Below, piece after piece: positions 25,337 to 37,030 of a stretch of DNA of 64,000 nucleotides. The position numbers and the translations under genes were made by a program. The stretch is taken from the NCBI GenBank assembly GCA_001643675.2, contig LSRY02000048.1:620001-684000 (forward strand), given 5' to 3'. The first letter of the stretch is position 1. The number at the start of each line of letters is the position of its first letter. A model generated the notes under the pieces. That model made no database searches and was not told the DNA's origin. It saw only the letters and a program-made list of their open reading frames with translations. Source of the stretch: Monocercomonoides exilis PA203. Lineage: Eukaryota; Protista; Preaxostyla.

Positions 25337-26810
25337 ATGATGTGTCTTCAGGATGACGCAATACAAAAAATACAAAAGATGAATATCACCGAAAAGTTCA
25401 ATGGTTTGCAAACATTGATATTTTTGAATTTATGATTACTGCTTCTCCTTTTATTTTCTGTTTTTTTTTTGAAGTTTTGTTCGACGAACTGGGCCATTGC
25501 TCCGAAATTGAACAGAAACAGAAAATCGAAGAAATAAGGGAAATTATGGATGAGATGGACGAGGATGAAATCAAATCCATTTTCACAACTGACAATTTCG
25601 ACAAAATTGGAAAAATGATTGAAGAAAAAGACATGGCATTGGACAGGGCTATTTTGCTGATAAAGCAAATTGGATATTATAAAGCGCTGACTGGAGCGTG
25701 GAGCGACCATTATTACTATTTTGAACTGAGCAAAATATTTGAGGAGATGATTGTTGAAGAAGATGAGAAAAAAGAAGAAAAGAATGAAAGACTTCTTGTT
25801 GATCTTTGCGAATGCCATTTAATCACAAGTAAATGTTTTATACCAGACAATGTTATTGTTATTTGCATGCTACACCTTCTGAAAGCTGCATCAAACAAGA
25901 AAGAAAACGAAGAAACACAAAAAGAAGTGGAAATGGCTTTGTGGCTTCGAGCAATATTTGGTATTGGGTGATGTGCACTTTTTGTTTGTTTGTTAGTGCA
26001 ATAATTTTTGTTTCATTTGTTGATTTCTCTCAATTTTTTTATTAGGAAATAAAGCAAGAACGATATATCAATGAAATCAAAGAAATTATCGAACATCATC
26101 AAAAACACCACAATCTAACGAGATTCGCGTATCAATCTGCTTGGGATTTTTTGATAAATAGATTTAATTTCGACAAAAGATTGGAAGGAATGATAATGAA
26201 TGAACTGCATTTTGTCAGAGAAGCAGTGAAGGAACTGGAAGATCTGACAAGATGCGTGGATTGGAAGAAGAAAAAAGAGGAAATGAGCAGAGAAAAAGTG
26301 AAAGAAGCAAATGTTGTAAAGGGATGGACCCGAACATTGAAGTCTTTCTTCGAGGCATGCAATTTGTGGAATAAAGAACTTGCTGGGCTTGTCAGCAGTG
26401 TTGTGAATGTATTTCGGGTGGCAAAGGATAGTCATAGAGAAATTTGCAGAAGATGCATTCATTCCTTGAAAGAAGCAGCAATAAGCAAATCAGTGAAAAT
26501 TGAAGATTTGTTGAAGAGCAGATCTATGGATGTTGTTTTTGAAGAACTTCATCAGCCAACATTAAGTGACGAAATCAATTTATATTGCTTTAGATTCTTT
26601 GAGGGTACCTCAAGAAAATTGGAAGAAAGCACAGACGATGAAATAGATGAAGCGAAAAGAAAGACGGTTAAAATGAAGTTGTTTGAAAAGATGGAAAACG
26701 AAGGATTCGAAGATGTGATCATAAGCTTTGAGGAAATATTTTCATTTTTAGTGTTAGAATTTAGATGCACAATACCAGGACGTTCAACATATTATTTTGT
26801 AAATGTCTGA
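25337..26810 (+). pseudogene. Helical 3-exon family, copy 4 (single -1 frameshift; pseudogene or sequencing error)
   Basis: Exons are 25337-25403, 25475-25967 and 26046-26810. Exon 2 is 1 nt short: gctttg-tggcttcgagcaat near 25941, versus ...LLALSNI in the paralogs. Exons 1 and 3 are open. Confidence 0.75.
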
Positions 26811-28535
26811 GAAAGTGAAATGATATTTATTTTGTAACTCAATTTTTTGTTTATTTTTCATTCAGTGTCATGTCACATTCAACAAATGTAAAGTTAGTTT
26901 TATATCTTTTTCTTTTTCACTTCATTAAAATTCTGTGAAGCAAAAAAATATGAAATATCAACATTCATTTTCTTCTTTTCTTTGGGATTAAAAAAAACTC
27001 AAAAAATCCCATCTGCTCAGAAGTTTCATGAAAAAATAAAAAACATTTCCTTCCACATATTATTTCATTGCATCTTCTTTGATTTTTTTGGAATTCCTGA
27101 GAATTTGTTGAAAAGATAAAGAGAAATGAAACGAGAAAAAACTGAAAGAGGATTGAGAAGAAATGAATGAACACGAGGAAGAAGAACTTTCTTTTGATTT
27201 TTTGTGACCAATTCTTGATCCTCAACAACAAAAACAAAAAACTCCACCATTACCTCTTCCTCTTCAATCTGACATCATTTTTCATTCCCTCTTTTTCATT
27301 CATTTGAAAAGCTTTTCTCTTTCATCTTAAAATTCTTCTTGTTTTTTTAACAAAAACTTTTCAGCCAAATACAGTTAAGAAATAAGAAGACGAAGAGGAG
27401 GATGATAATGAAAAGAAAGAGTATGAAGATGCAATCTTCAAATCGTGAAGAGCACGTTCCTGCATTGAAAAACCTCATTTTTCATTCATCTTTTGCTCAC
27501 TTGGATTGTTAATTCGACTCTTGGATCAAACCTGCTATCAATTTGAAAATGCTTGTTTTCAAAATTTCTCAAAATCGAAACAAACGCGAATAAAATAGAT
27601 AAAAGTCAATATTTCACAAAAGAAGTGTTTCAACAACAGATGAAAAACAACGATTGAAATAATTGTGAGAAAAAAGATATAATAATGACTTAATTGAGTG
27701 AGGTGCAAATTTTGTAAGATATGAAAACATAATCACACAAAAAATAAGACAATGGAACTTTTCACACAAATTAGAAAGATTTCTCTCCATACACAATGTT
27801 TGAAAAAAATAATTATTTTGATGGAGGAAATTTTCACAGCTAGAATCCATTTATTAGACCCTTCAACTCTGCCAGTTCGTTTATCGGATTCAGAGTATTT
27901 TCTTTCTTAAATTCTGATTAAGGAGTGGTTGCTTATTCTTGACTTGCAGTTGGCAGATCTTCAGGCAACGCAGATGCAGATGTCTCACCAACAGATGTGC
28001 TGCTTTCTTTGCAGACTTCCTTTTCGGTGCTTTCATCGGTTTTGCCTTTTGGCTTTGCGAGGTGAGCAGAAAGTTGATCTTTCTGACTCTCAGAAGAAGT
28101 CTCATTCCAAATGTGTGAAATGGGAATGGATGGTTCACCCTGGGAAGGAAGAGGTGATGTTCGAGAAACTGTGGAAGAAAAAGTAGATGGACCGATTGAT
28201 TAAATGACCACTGATGTTGTGCAAGTGAATGATTGTTTGAGAGAGATTGCAGCAGAAGCAGAAGGCAATCATGAAAAGACTGACGGAAAAGAATGGAAAA
28301 TCTGAAAATTGTGTTGAATATTTTTATTGTCCAACCAAAAAAAGCTGCTTTTGAAGGACATCTTTTCTTCTCTCTTCTCTCTTTTTCTTTTTCTTTCGTT
28401 TGTTCATTTGCTTCTGTCTGTCTCTTTTGAATCTTTGTTTCTTTTTCATTCTTCAGCTGTTTCTTCTTCAAGTTCATCATCTTCTTCTTTTCAATGACAA
28501 AAATGTCATTCATTGAATTGGCTCGAAAAGTTGTT

Positions 28536-30038
28536 TTACAGGTGAACAAGATAATCAAATGAATCTCTTGACAGTTGGTAATTTGGATTGTTGCTGATGA
28601 TATTCAGCAGCGTTCCATGAAAGCTTGTGATGATATCTTCGTGTCCTTCTTCTTCCATCTTTTCAAACAACTCTATTTTTGCTGCTTTTCTTTTCGCTTC
28701 TTCGATTTCATCATTTGTATTTCTTTTCAATTTTCTGGAAAGTGCAACAAAAAATTCCAAACAACTGAATGCATTTGAGTCTTCAATTGTTATTTGCTGA
28801 ACTTTCTCCAAAAACACATTAACAGCTCCACTTTTCAGCAATCCATCAATTTGAATATCTCTGTTTCTCGCTGCAGTTCCCAAAGACTGAATGCATTGCC
28901 TATAAATATCTCCATGATTATCCTTTGCTGCTCGAAGCACTTGAATGACGCTTCTGATAACTTCAATAATTTTTTCATTCCTCGAATTGCATGAGGATAA
29001 ATAAATTTCCAATACTTCGAGCCATCCTGTCAAAATAAGCTCTTCTTTCATTTCATTTCTTTCCTTTTCTTTTTCATGCTCTTTTTTCTCGCAATCAATG
29101 CATTTCTTCAGTTCATTCATTTCGCTTTGAGCTTCTCTCACAAAATGCAGCTCATCAACAACACTTTCCAATTTTTCTTCGTAGTATAATCCGTTAATCA
29201 AAAACTCCCAAGCGCACTGATACGCAAGTTGAGTGAGATTTCCACACTCCTGATGATATTTGATGACATCTGTCATCTCATTCAGATACAGCTTTTTTTT
29301 GATCTATTTCAGAAATGGTGTTAAAAATTCATAAGAAAAACAATAAACACAAAGCAGTATCATGCCTTTTATCTGTAAAAGCAATTCAGCGCTATCAGTG
29401 CAATTTCCACTTCTTTTTGTGTTTTTTTATTATCATTTTTGCTCGAAGCTGCTTTCACAAAATAACGTAAGCAAATAACTAACGATTTTCTAGGAATCAT
29501 GCACTAGCGCATCACTGTACAGCATTCACAAAGATCTGTTAGGAGCCTTTCATTCTTTTCTTGTTTCTTTTTTTCTTCTTTGACAATCATCTTTTGAACT
29601 CTTTTATTCAGCTTTGACTAATGAAAACTGTTACTCCACTCATTTATCTGCTCTTTCCAATTGCCAATATGTTTCATCAGCAAAATAGCTCTGTTCAAAG
29701 TCAATTTCTTTTCTTCAATCATTTTAATAATTTTGTCATAATTCTTTTTTGTAAATATTGAATGAAATTCTTTTTCTTTCATTTCTTCAATCATTACGTT
29801 CATCTCATCGATTTTCTTTCTCTGTTCATTCCCATTGCAATCTTCCAGTTCATCAAGCAACTCTTCAAAAAATTAATAAAATATTCAAAAATATCTGAAG
29901 TTTAATCAACAGAAAAAACCACAAACTTGAAAACTTTTCTGTAAGCTCTGTCTTGAATTCTTCCTCTTCCTCGTCATCCCAATCCTCTTCTTCTTCCTCT
30001 TCTTCCTCATCATGATCGACTCCATTAATTTTACTCAT
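28536..30038 (-). pseudogene. Helical 3-exon family, copy 5 (nonsense mutations)
   Basis: Exon 1 is 29927-30038 (acidic, ...KTELTEKFS) and the intron is 29863-29926. Exon 2 has in-frame TAG at 29618-20 and 29504-06 and TAA at about 29369-71, and the second donor reads gcatga. Exon 3 (28536-29303) is open. Confidence 0.8.
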
Positions 30039-30414
30039 TGAATATTCTAAACATATGAAATGAATTTCAAATATAAACGAGCTAATCGAAAAACACAAAC
30101 ATCTTTATTTATCTCACAAAATAAAAATTATACAACTTCAATTTCAAATGCTATACTTTGGATAAATTAGAAGCAAAAATGAAAGTGAAGAATAGCTGTA
30201 ATTGTTTGTTTCACACCAATATTTTGCAAATCAATCGTTTTGTGATCGAACTCACCATAATATGTCCAAATGCAATTTGAACATGTAAATAATTGGGTGA
30301 TTTTTTTTTTTGATATCATAAATAATTCCGACGTTTGATCAAAAAATATTTTCATTAAGGGTTGCTCAAAAAAGAAAATTGAAAGTGTCATTCATGTAAA
30401 AATATTGCATAATA

Positions 30415-33400
30415 GATACAATGCAGATTAAATTGGATCATTTGAATTAATAGAGGTTTTTTTAATAACCCTATGTTAATTTGAATAAAGACCACTTAAT
30501 TCAAATTAAAGGCCAAAATTTAAAAATCACCATCCTAATTCAAATTAGAAAAGATCATTCAAATTAATAATAATTGTGGGAAAGGAAAATAAAACAATCA
30601 AAAAACACTTATTAAAATAAAGTGGAAACAAAAGAAAAATTAAACCTTTTTTAACAGTCTTATTAACCAAACCTCGATAATTCGATTGAAGCTTGTTTAC
30701 ACGCTAAATTAAATAAATGTTAAATAAATAATTTGTCAATAAAGAAAAATGATAATTTGTTTTGAGTTTTGTGTGAAGAATGATTCGCTTCGAAGATAAT
30801 TTTTATAGTTTTTTGCATAAATAATAAAAAGAAAACAACATAATTCTGACAATTTTGTGAAAAAAAATATTTTTCCTGCTAACATTTCATTAAACTGTCA
30901 ATATTTTCACAACAAGCATTGCACAGCGATGTTGAAGTTGTGGAATCAAAGGCTAATTTCTTTTGCTTTTATCATTTCCTCAATTTCATTTAATTCTGTC
31001 GATCATGTTTTTTTCTGATGTTTCTATTTCAAAAATTAAAAATGATCTTTCTCTTTTTCTTTCTTAAAAAACTCCCTCTTTCTTTTCATCTTGTAAGTCA
31101 TCTTTATTTTTGTTATCAATTCTTTCAACATTTTCATACCACATCCTCGTAAAATCTCTAATGCCAACTTCTTTGTAAAGAAGAACATTTTCTTCCTTTC
31201 GCCTTTGCATCTATTTTTAGAAGCATCCCACATTCTCTGTAATTTTTTCCTTTTTTTTATTTTCTCGATTACCGTTTTCCTTTCGCTCACACAGCAGCTG
31301 GAGAAGGTTGTGTCACTCACCGAAAACGAGTTGGCAGAGGCAGATGAGGCGAATGAGATGCACCCGCCATTGGTTGCAGTCTGTTGGCATTGTGGAGCTG
31401 AGTTGATGTTGATCATGGTGCAGTTGGCGAGGGAGATGGAGAGGGCAGGGGAGGTGGCAGAGGAGAGGACACAGCTGGCGGGGGTGGTAGTGGAGGTGAT
31501 GCTGGTGATGTTGGAGGAGTTGAGGGTGAGGGGAGCGGTGAGGGAGGTGAGGTGGAAGATGCTCTGGCTGTTGAGGGCGAGACTGGTGATTGCTGTGTGG
31601 TTGAGGGCGAGGGAGCCAGCAGTGAGGAAGAAGAGGGGGGTTTTTATTGTTGTGGAGGTTGTTCCGGTGATGATGGTTGTGTTGAGGTTGAGGGAAGGGG
31701 AGTTGCCGGAGAGGTGGAAGAGGATGGGGGTGATTTGGTTTGAGGAGTTGTGAGCGATGGCGAGGGCAGAGACTGTGAGGGAGCCCTGTGTCTGTTGGAA
31801 GAGGGCAGACGAGGCAGATGGATCTGGTGAAGATGATATTGATTGTGATGACTGTGAATGTGAGTTTAGTGGTTGAGGAATGCCACTGGAGGAGATGACG
31901 GTGGCAGTTGTGCCATTTCAAGTTATTTTTGTTTCAACCTCACAGAATGCAGGAGTCTTTGTGGGAGTGAAAGTGGAGACGAGAAGAGAGAGGGAGGTAT
32001 CGCTGAAGGGAGCAATGCATCCGAGAGCATACTCCACTGTGGCGCATGGACTTTGCTGTGTTTTTCCACAGGCATCGACATCACTTCCACCATTTGCAAC
32101 AATTTTGTTCTGGTTGATGATTGGAAGCCAGCCATTGTACACATCACTAACAGCTGTATTCTCATTCCACACTCTTTTTGATGAGGTTGTTGATCCGCAT
32201 TGCTGGAAAGGAGATTGAGTGATATCACTTCCGTAAAAGAACACATCATTCCCTCTTCCATTTTTGGCAGTATTATCATCGAAGAAGCAGAAAGTGATGA
32301 ATTTAACTTCATTCATCCAAGTGAAGGTGTTTTATGTAACATAGCCCGGCTCCTCCCCATGAAGATGATGAATTTATCAATTTGTTATTAATGAACTGGA
32401 ACTTTTGTAGGAAATATTGAAGAGGTGTTACTGGTGGAGGATAATTAAATGTGATTGCTCCGGCCGCATCACCGCCAGTATTTGCAACGCATACACAATT
32501 TTTGAACAAAAATTTTGCATCTGGTGGCATGTCGTCAAGGGCAAAAAACTAACCAGTTCTACCCCAACTTGTTATTGAACAACTTTCAACTCTGTTTTCT
32601 ATTAGCAGCCGAATAGAATTTGTCTGCATTCCTCCAAGGCAATTCGCTCCTCCACCAGCAGCTGAACAATTTGTGTAATTGGATTTCGTAATGTTACCAT
32701 GAAATAAATGCAAGCTGTATGACGCTTCTCCTTCACCATTGGATGAACTATTGTGAAAAGAACATAATATGACTGTGAGATTTGCATTTTCGCAGTTGAC
32801 TTTATGTGCTCCACCTCAATCGCTTCCACCATTTGTCATTCCATTCGCACCACTCGAATCGATGGCTGTTCACATAAAACGAAATCAGTCTTCCAGGTTT
32901 CTTTTTATTAGTTTCATTTCCAATGTGTTCAACAGGAGCATTTGGTGTAGAGCTTGTTTGGCGAAGAAAGAAGGTGTCAAAGGCAGAGAAAAAAGTGTCG
33001 GAGCTGTAAAAAAAAGAAAAGATAGAACTGTTGATGATGGTTTGAGTTTGCTGAAAAAGAAATCTGTCAGTCGGGACACGATAGAATAAATGTTTGCCAT
33101 AATTGAAAAAAGAATTTCATTTGCGAGTAATCCTGGGGATAGAGTGTGTTATAAATGTGGGATATTCAAAGGCAAAATGTTTATAGAATTTGGAACTGTA
33201 AGAAAATTGTGTAATTTGCAAAATTAGAAGATAAATATCGAAAAAGAAAATTTTGAAATAATATAAAATGTTCTTCATAAAAAACGAAATTTTGAAAAAA
33301 AAAAAAACCATATATACCTTTCAACGTTCAGTGTTTTATATATTTCTTGTTAACGATTTTTAACATTGTTTTTCAGCAAGGTGAAAAATGAAAAACAATA

Positions 33401-33936
33401 TTGTTTGAAAAGTGCTGTTGCTTAAAACAAAAAAAGCATAATTACCTAATGAGCACTGAACAAAATTGCACAGAAGTGGCCGTTGGTGCTACATTTTTAA
33501 AGAAACTGTTTGCATTTGCGAAGAAATAAACAAAAAATTTGAAAAAGCTTTTATGATTTGTATATTGGGAAAAATGAATTTTTAATTGTTAAAACCATAT
33601 ATACTCGCATTATATAACTCACGTTTTCGATAACATAAGTTGGAATAGCATTTTAAACGAATTAACAAAATATTCTGTTTTTTCGAAGTTGATTATTGAA
33701 AGATCAAAATTTTTGCAAAAAGAAAATGAAAATTAACTTCAGTTTTTTATATCAATCTATTATGCAAATCATTTAATGAGATCTATTTTCATGTTTTGAA
33801 CATTCAATTCAAAATAGGATGAAGATTTTAAAAATAGGCCAGTCAATTTAAATAAACAGGGGTTATTTTAAATAACCCCCACAATTTTGAATTTTTTTTT
33901 TCAATTTGAATTATGTGATCCAATCTGCATTGTATC
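30415..33936. mobile_element. Non-autonomous TIR element A (3522 bp) with 5-bp TSD TAATA, carrying a surface-protein gene fragment
   Basis: Perfect 15-bp terminal IR GATACAATGCAGATT (30415-30429 / 33922-33936), extending as about 140 bp of imperfect arms. TAATA is duplicated at 30410-14 and 33937-41. No transposase is recognisable inside. Confidence 0.8.
31270..33100 (-). pseudogene. 5' portion of a Cys-rich surface-protein gene (cargo of element A)
   Basis: Broken frames encode ...FCFFDDNTAKNGRGNDVFF..., DACGKTQQSPCATVEYAL and a Ser/Thr-rich region ending TNGGCISF...FSSCCVS. There are multiple stops and frameshifts, and no TM region. Confidence 0.75.
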
Positions 33937-34699
33937 TAATATTAGATAAAATGTGAAATGAATTGGTTATTTCAAATTATTTGTGTTATTTCAAGTTTCA
34001 GCCACGAATTTTGAATTAACCCAGTTATTTTGAAATAACCTTGAAAAACTTAAATCTACTGGACGTTTTTTAAAAACATTAAATAAAAATATTTTTGATA
34101 TAAAAATGGTTTCAACTATATTTTGAATTTGAATATTTGACCTATCTTTATTATGAAAATTTGCATTAGATTAATTATTGGAAACTTTTTTTTTGTTTGT
34201 GATAATGAAAAAAGTTTTAAGATTGCAAAAAACGAAATATATATATGAAGATTGTTCCCATTCGTTTCAAATATCATCAGTTTGCTTGAATGGTAATTGT
34301 TGATTCCTTACTTCTAAAGCTTTTGACAAATCACAAAAGATTTCCCTATAAACGTATCTACATATTCAATGATCTTCTTTTGTCAAAATAAACATGTGGA
34401 AAACAGAAATTATCGATTTTATTTTGTAATGACTCGAAGAAATCATTTCCAAATATTTTTTGTCAAACAGTTATGGTCTTCCAAAAAAAAGAAAGCGTGA
34501 AATTCTGTCAAAAGGATTTTATGTCAAATGATTTGCGCGAAATTCGACAAAAAGATAAGATTATATTTATGAAAATTTGGGCATATGAAGATGAAATCCT
34601 AAATTTGAAGAGTGAATTTAGTTGAAAGAAGAAATGCTATAGAAACAATGAAAAACGACTTATTCTCAAAATTTTTCAGAACTGAAAATCTGTCTTGGA

Positions 34700-35380
34700 A
34701 TTGCGAACGGTAATGGAGAGAGTGCATGTGTGTTTGAGTGCTCATTCACTTCGTGTACACTCACAAATAATAATGGTGGAAGGATGTATTGTTATGGTGT
34801 TCCAGCTGCATTCAAAATGAGGAACATCCAGTTTATTTCGTGAAACACAACATCAACAGGTGGAGGATTGTATTTTAAACAAATCAACAAACAATCCCAA
34901 GCAACAACCTTTATTGCTACTTCTTCTTCTTCTTCCATGATAGCAGATGCACAACTACTTCCACTTCATATGGACACGATGTTTATAGTGAAGATGATTA
35001 CAATCTCTTCTCGTCGGACAATCCGTTCTATGAATCGTCCACAACGAATAGCAACGATAAGAAAGTGTGCTATTGAGAAAATGGAGCATATCAGCATACA
35101 GAAAAGAAGGATTGGCTGAAGGAAGGGATGAATGATCGGTATGTTGGGGTGAGTGGAGATGATACAAACAATCTGTGTGGGATGAGTGAGGCAGCACCTT
35201 GCAAGACAGTGGGGCATGCAGTGGAGTCGAGCATGGTGCAGCTGAGCTTCTCGATAACGTTGCATAAGGGAAGCGTATAAGAGAAGAGAAGAAGAAAAGC
35301 ATTGAGGAAAAGAAGATGATTAATACAGGGAGAGGGAAAGAGGTGAATGTGATTGGGACGAGTTCACTTTCTTCTTCTTC
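34700..35380 (+). pseudogene. Internal fragment of a Cys-rich surface-protein gene (cargo of element B)
   Basis: The broken frame reads GNGESACVFECSFTSCTLTNNNGGRMYCYGVPAAFKMRNIQFIS*NTTSTGGGLYF ... KKDWLKEGMNDRYVGVSGDDTNNLCGMSEAAPCKTVGHAV. Confidence 0.7.
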
Positions 35381-36149
35381 TTTCAAAAACAGAAGAAGTG
35401 TTCAGTTTATCGAGATACCATTTAAGAATGAATTTCAAAAAGATTTATTGCAAAACAACGACTGGTTATTCATCTAATGTGGTGATGGAGCTTACAGAAA
35501 CTGGGAACTTTCATTTCATGGAGCATTCCAAAAGAAGATAGAAAGTTTTATGATAGCAGTTGTGGGACAATTGTCAAGTCTACAGAAATGAAGGCAAGCT
35601 GCGAGCAGGAATCAAACGGCTGATCATGGAGGTGACAAAATTCAATTTACGCAAGTCAATAAAGACGAAAGAATTCAGTTCAAAAATGCAAGAAAATGTT
35701 GCAGAAGCAATGAAGTCGCTATATTTTAACGATTTTCAAAATTCATAATTCTTTCGAATGTTTTTTAAAAAAAAGAAAATACTTTTCACTTGCGTTAATG
35801 ATTTCTCAAAACATGATTTTGTAATCTTTTTCACTTGTGAAAGTTCAAAGTGAAAAGTTTCACATTTCATTTTTGAAAAATGTTGTTTTAATGAATTTTT
35901 GAAGATTGCAAATACTTTAAAAGACTCGTGATTTTTATGTTTAAGTTTTAAAATAGATATTTTTCAAATAAAAATATTTCTTTGAAATTCAGGCAATTGA
36001 ATGTTCTTCTCAAGTCAAATAAAAAGAAAAATTTCAAAAAACTAGTTACTCAAAAACAAACAACTTCATATTTAGTAATTTGTTTGAAAAAACAATCCAT
36101 TTTCAAATTTATCACCATTCACAACAATGCAATTATCGAACACTTCTTT

Positions 36150-37030
36150 TTCCATCTTTTTCAATAACAAAAGTTTCGTAACTTTTCGTTTTGCCAAGAG
36201 GCTTTCATTCTCCGTATTTTCGGTTTTGCATGAATATTTTAGAAAATCTTTGTATCATCCACAAGTCCCTCATATGCTCATCTGATCGATCTTTTTCACC
36301 AAGACTGCATCGGCTTCTCAGATTTCTGACAAAACTTCAGCTTCACATATTGATTATCAACTGCGCATTTAAGAAAATTCATGCATTGCTTGCTGATTTC
36401 TCCATCATCCCACTTAGCTTCCCTGAATTCCATACAACGATGCACGTGAGCACTTCAAATTCTTCATTCTTCAACTGGTAAAAGCAAAGATAATGCTTTG
36501 ATGCAATAATTATCAACATTTCACTTAGTCTTCTTTTCCCACTTTCATTTGTCCCTTCCTCTGCCAATCAAAACCCTTTTCAAACTCTGACAATTCTCTC
36601 TTGCATCTCTTCCAAAACTTAACTCTTTTGAAATTACATCTTTGTAATCTCGTTGAAAACTTAAATGCTTATCAATAACTGTCAAACAAACTGATTGATA
36701 AGGCGTTTCGAGTTTCGATGTTCTCGATGATTTTGAATGACTTCTGCCATCTCCTTCAAATGCAATTCTTGTTCAACATGCTTTCAAACAACGAGAAAGA
36801 AATTAATAAATGAACAAAAATAATTCGATTACAAACTTTCCACATATCAACGTTGCTCACCATCAGCTTTGATAATTCCACTTCTTTTGAGTTTAATTAT
36901 TTTCTTCTTTCTTCATAGGAAACTTTCAAAAGACAAACCACGTAAATCAAAAGAAATATTAATGAATATGCAGCTCAGATAAATGAAACACACACAAAAA
37001 TCAATCAGTCCTTTCATTCTGAAAACTTTC
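36150..37030 (-). pseudogene. Helical 3-exon family, copy 6, heavily degraded (cargo of element B)
   Basis: Minus-strand remnants ...YVVCLLKVS...QKEVELSKLMVSNV, then an intron-like stretch, then HVEQELHLKEMAEVIQNHREHRN...YQS...QLKNEEF... These match the end of exon 2 and exon 3 of the intact copies. Boundaries are approximate. Confidence 0.65.

Noticed and set aside
29369-29620. In-frame TAG/TAA codons as evidence for the TAA/TAG=Gln code used by some oxymonads
   Set aside because: Intact genes end in TAA (10661, 16027), TAG (18740) and TGA. Long ORFs contain no internal TAR, and the broken genes also have TGA stops and frameshifts, so these are pseudogenes.
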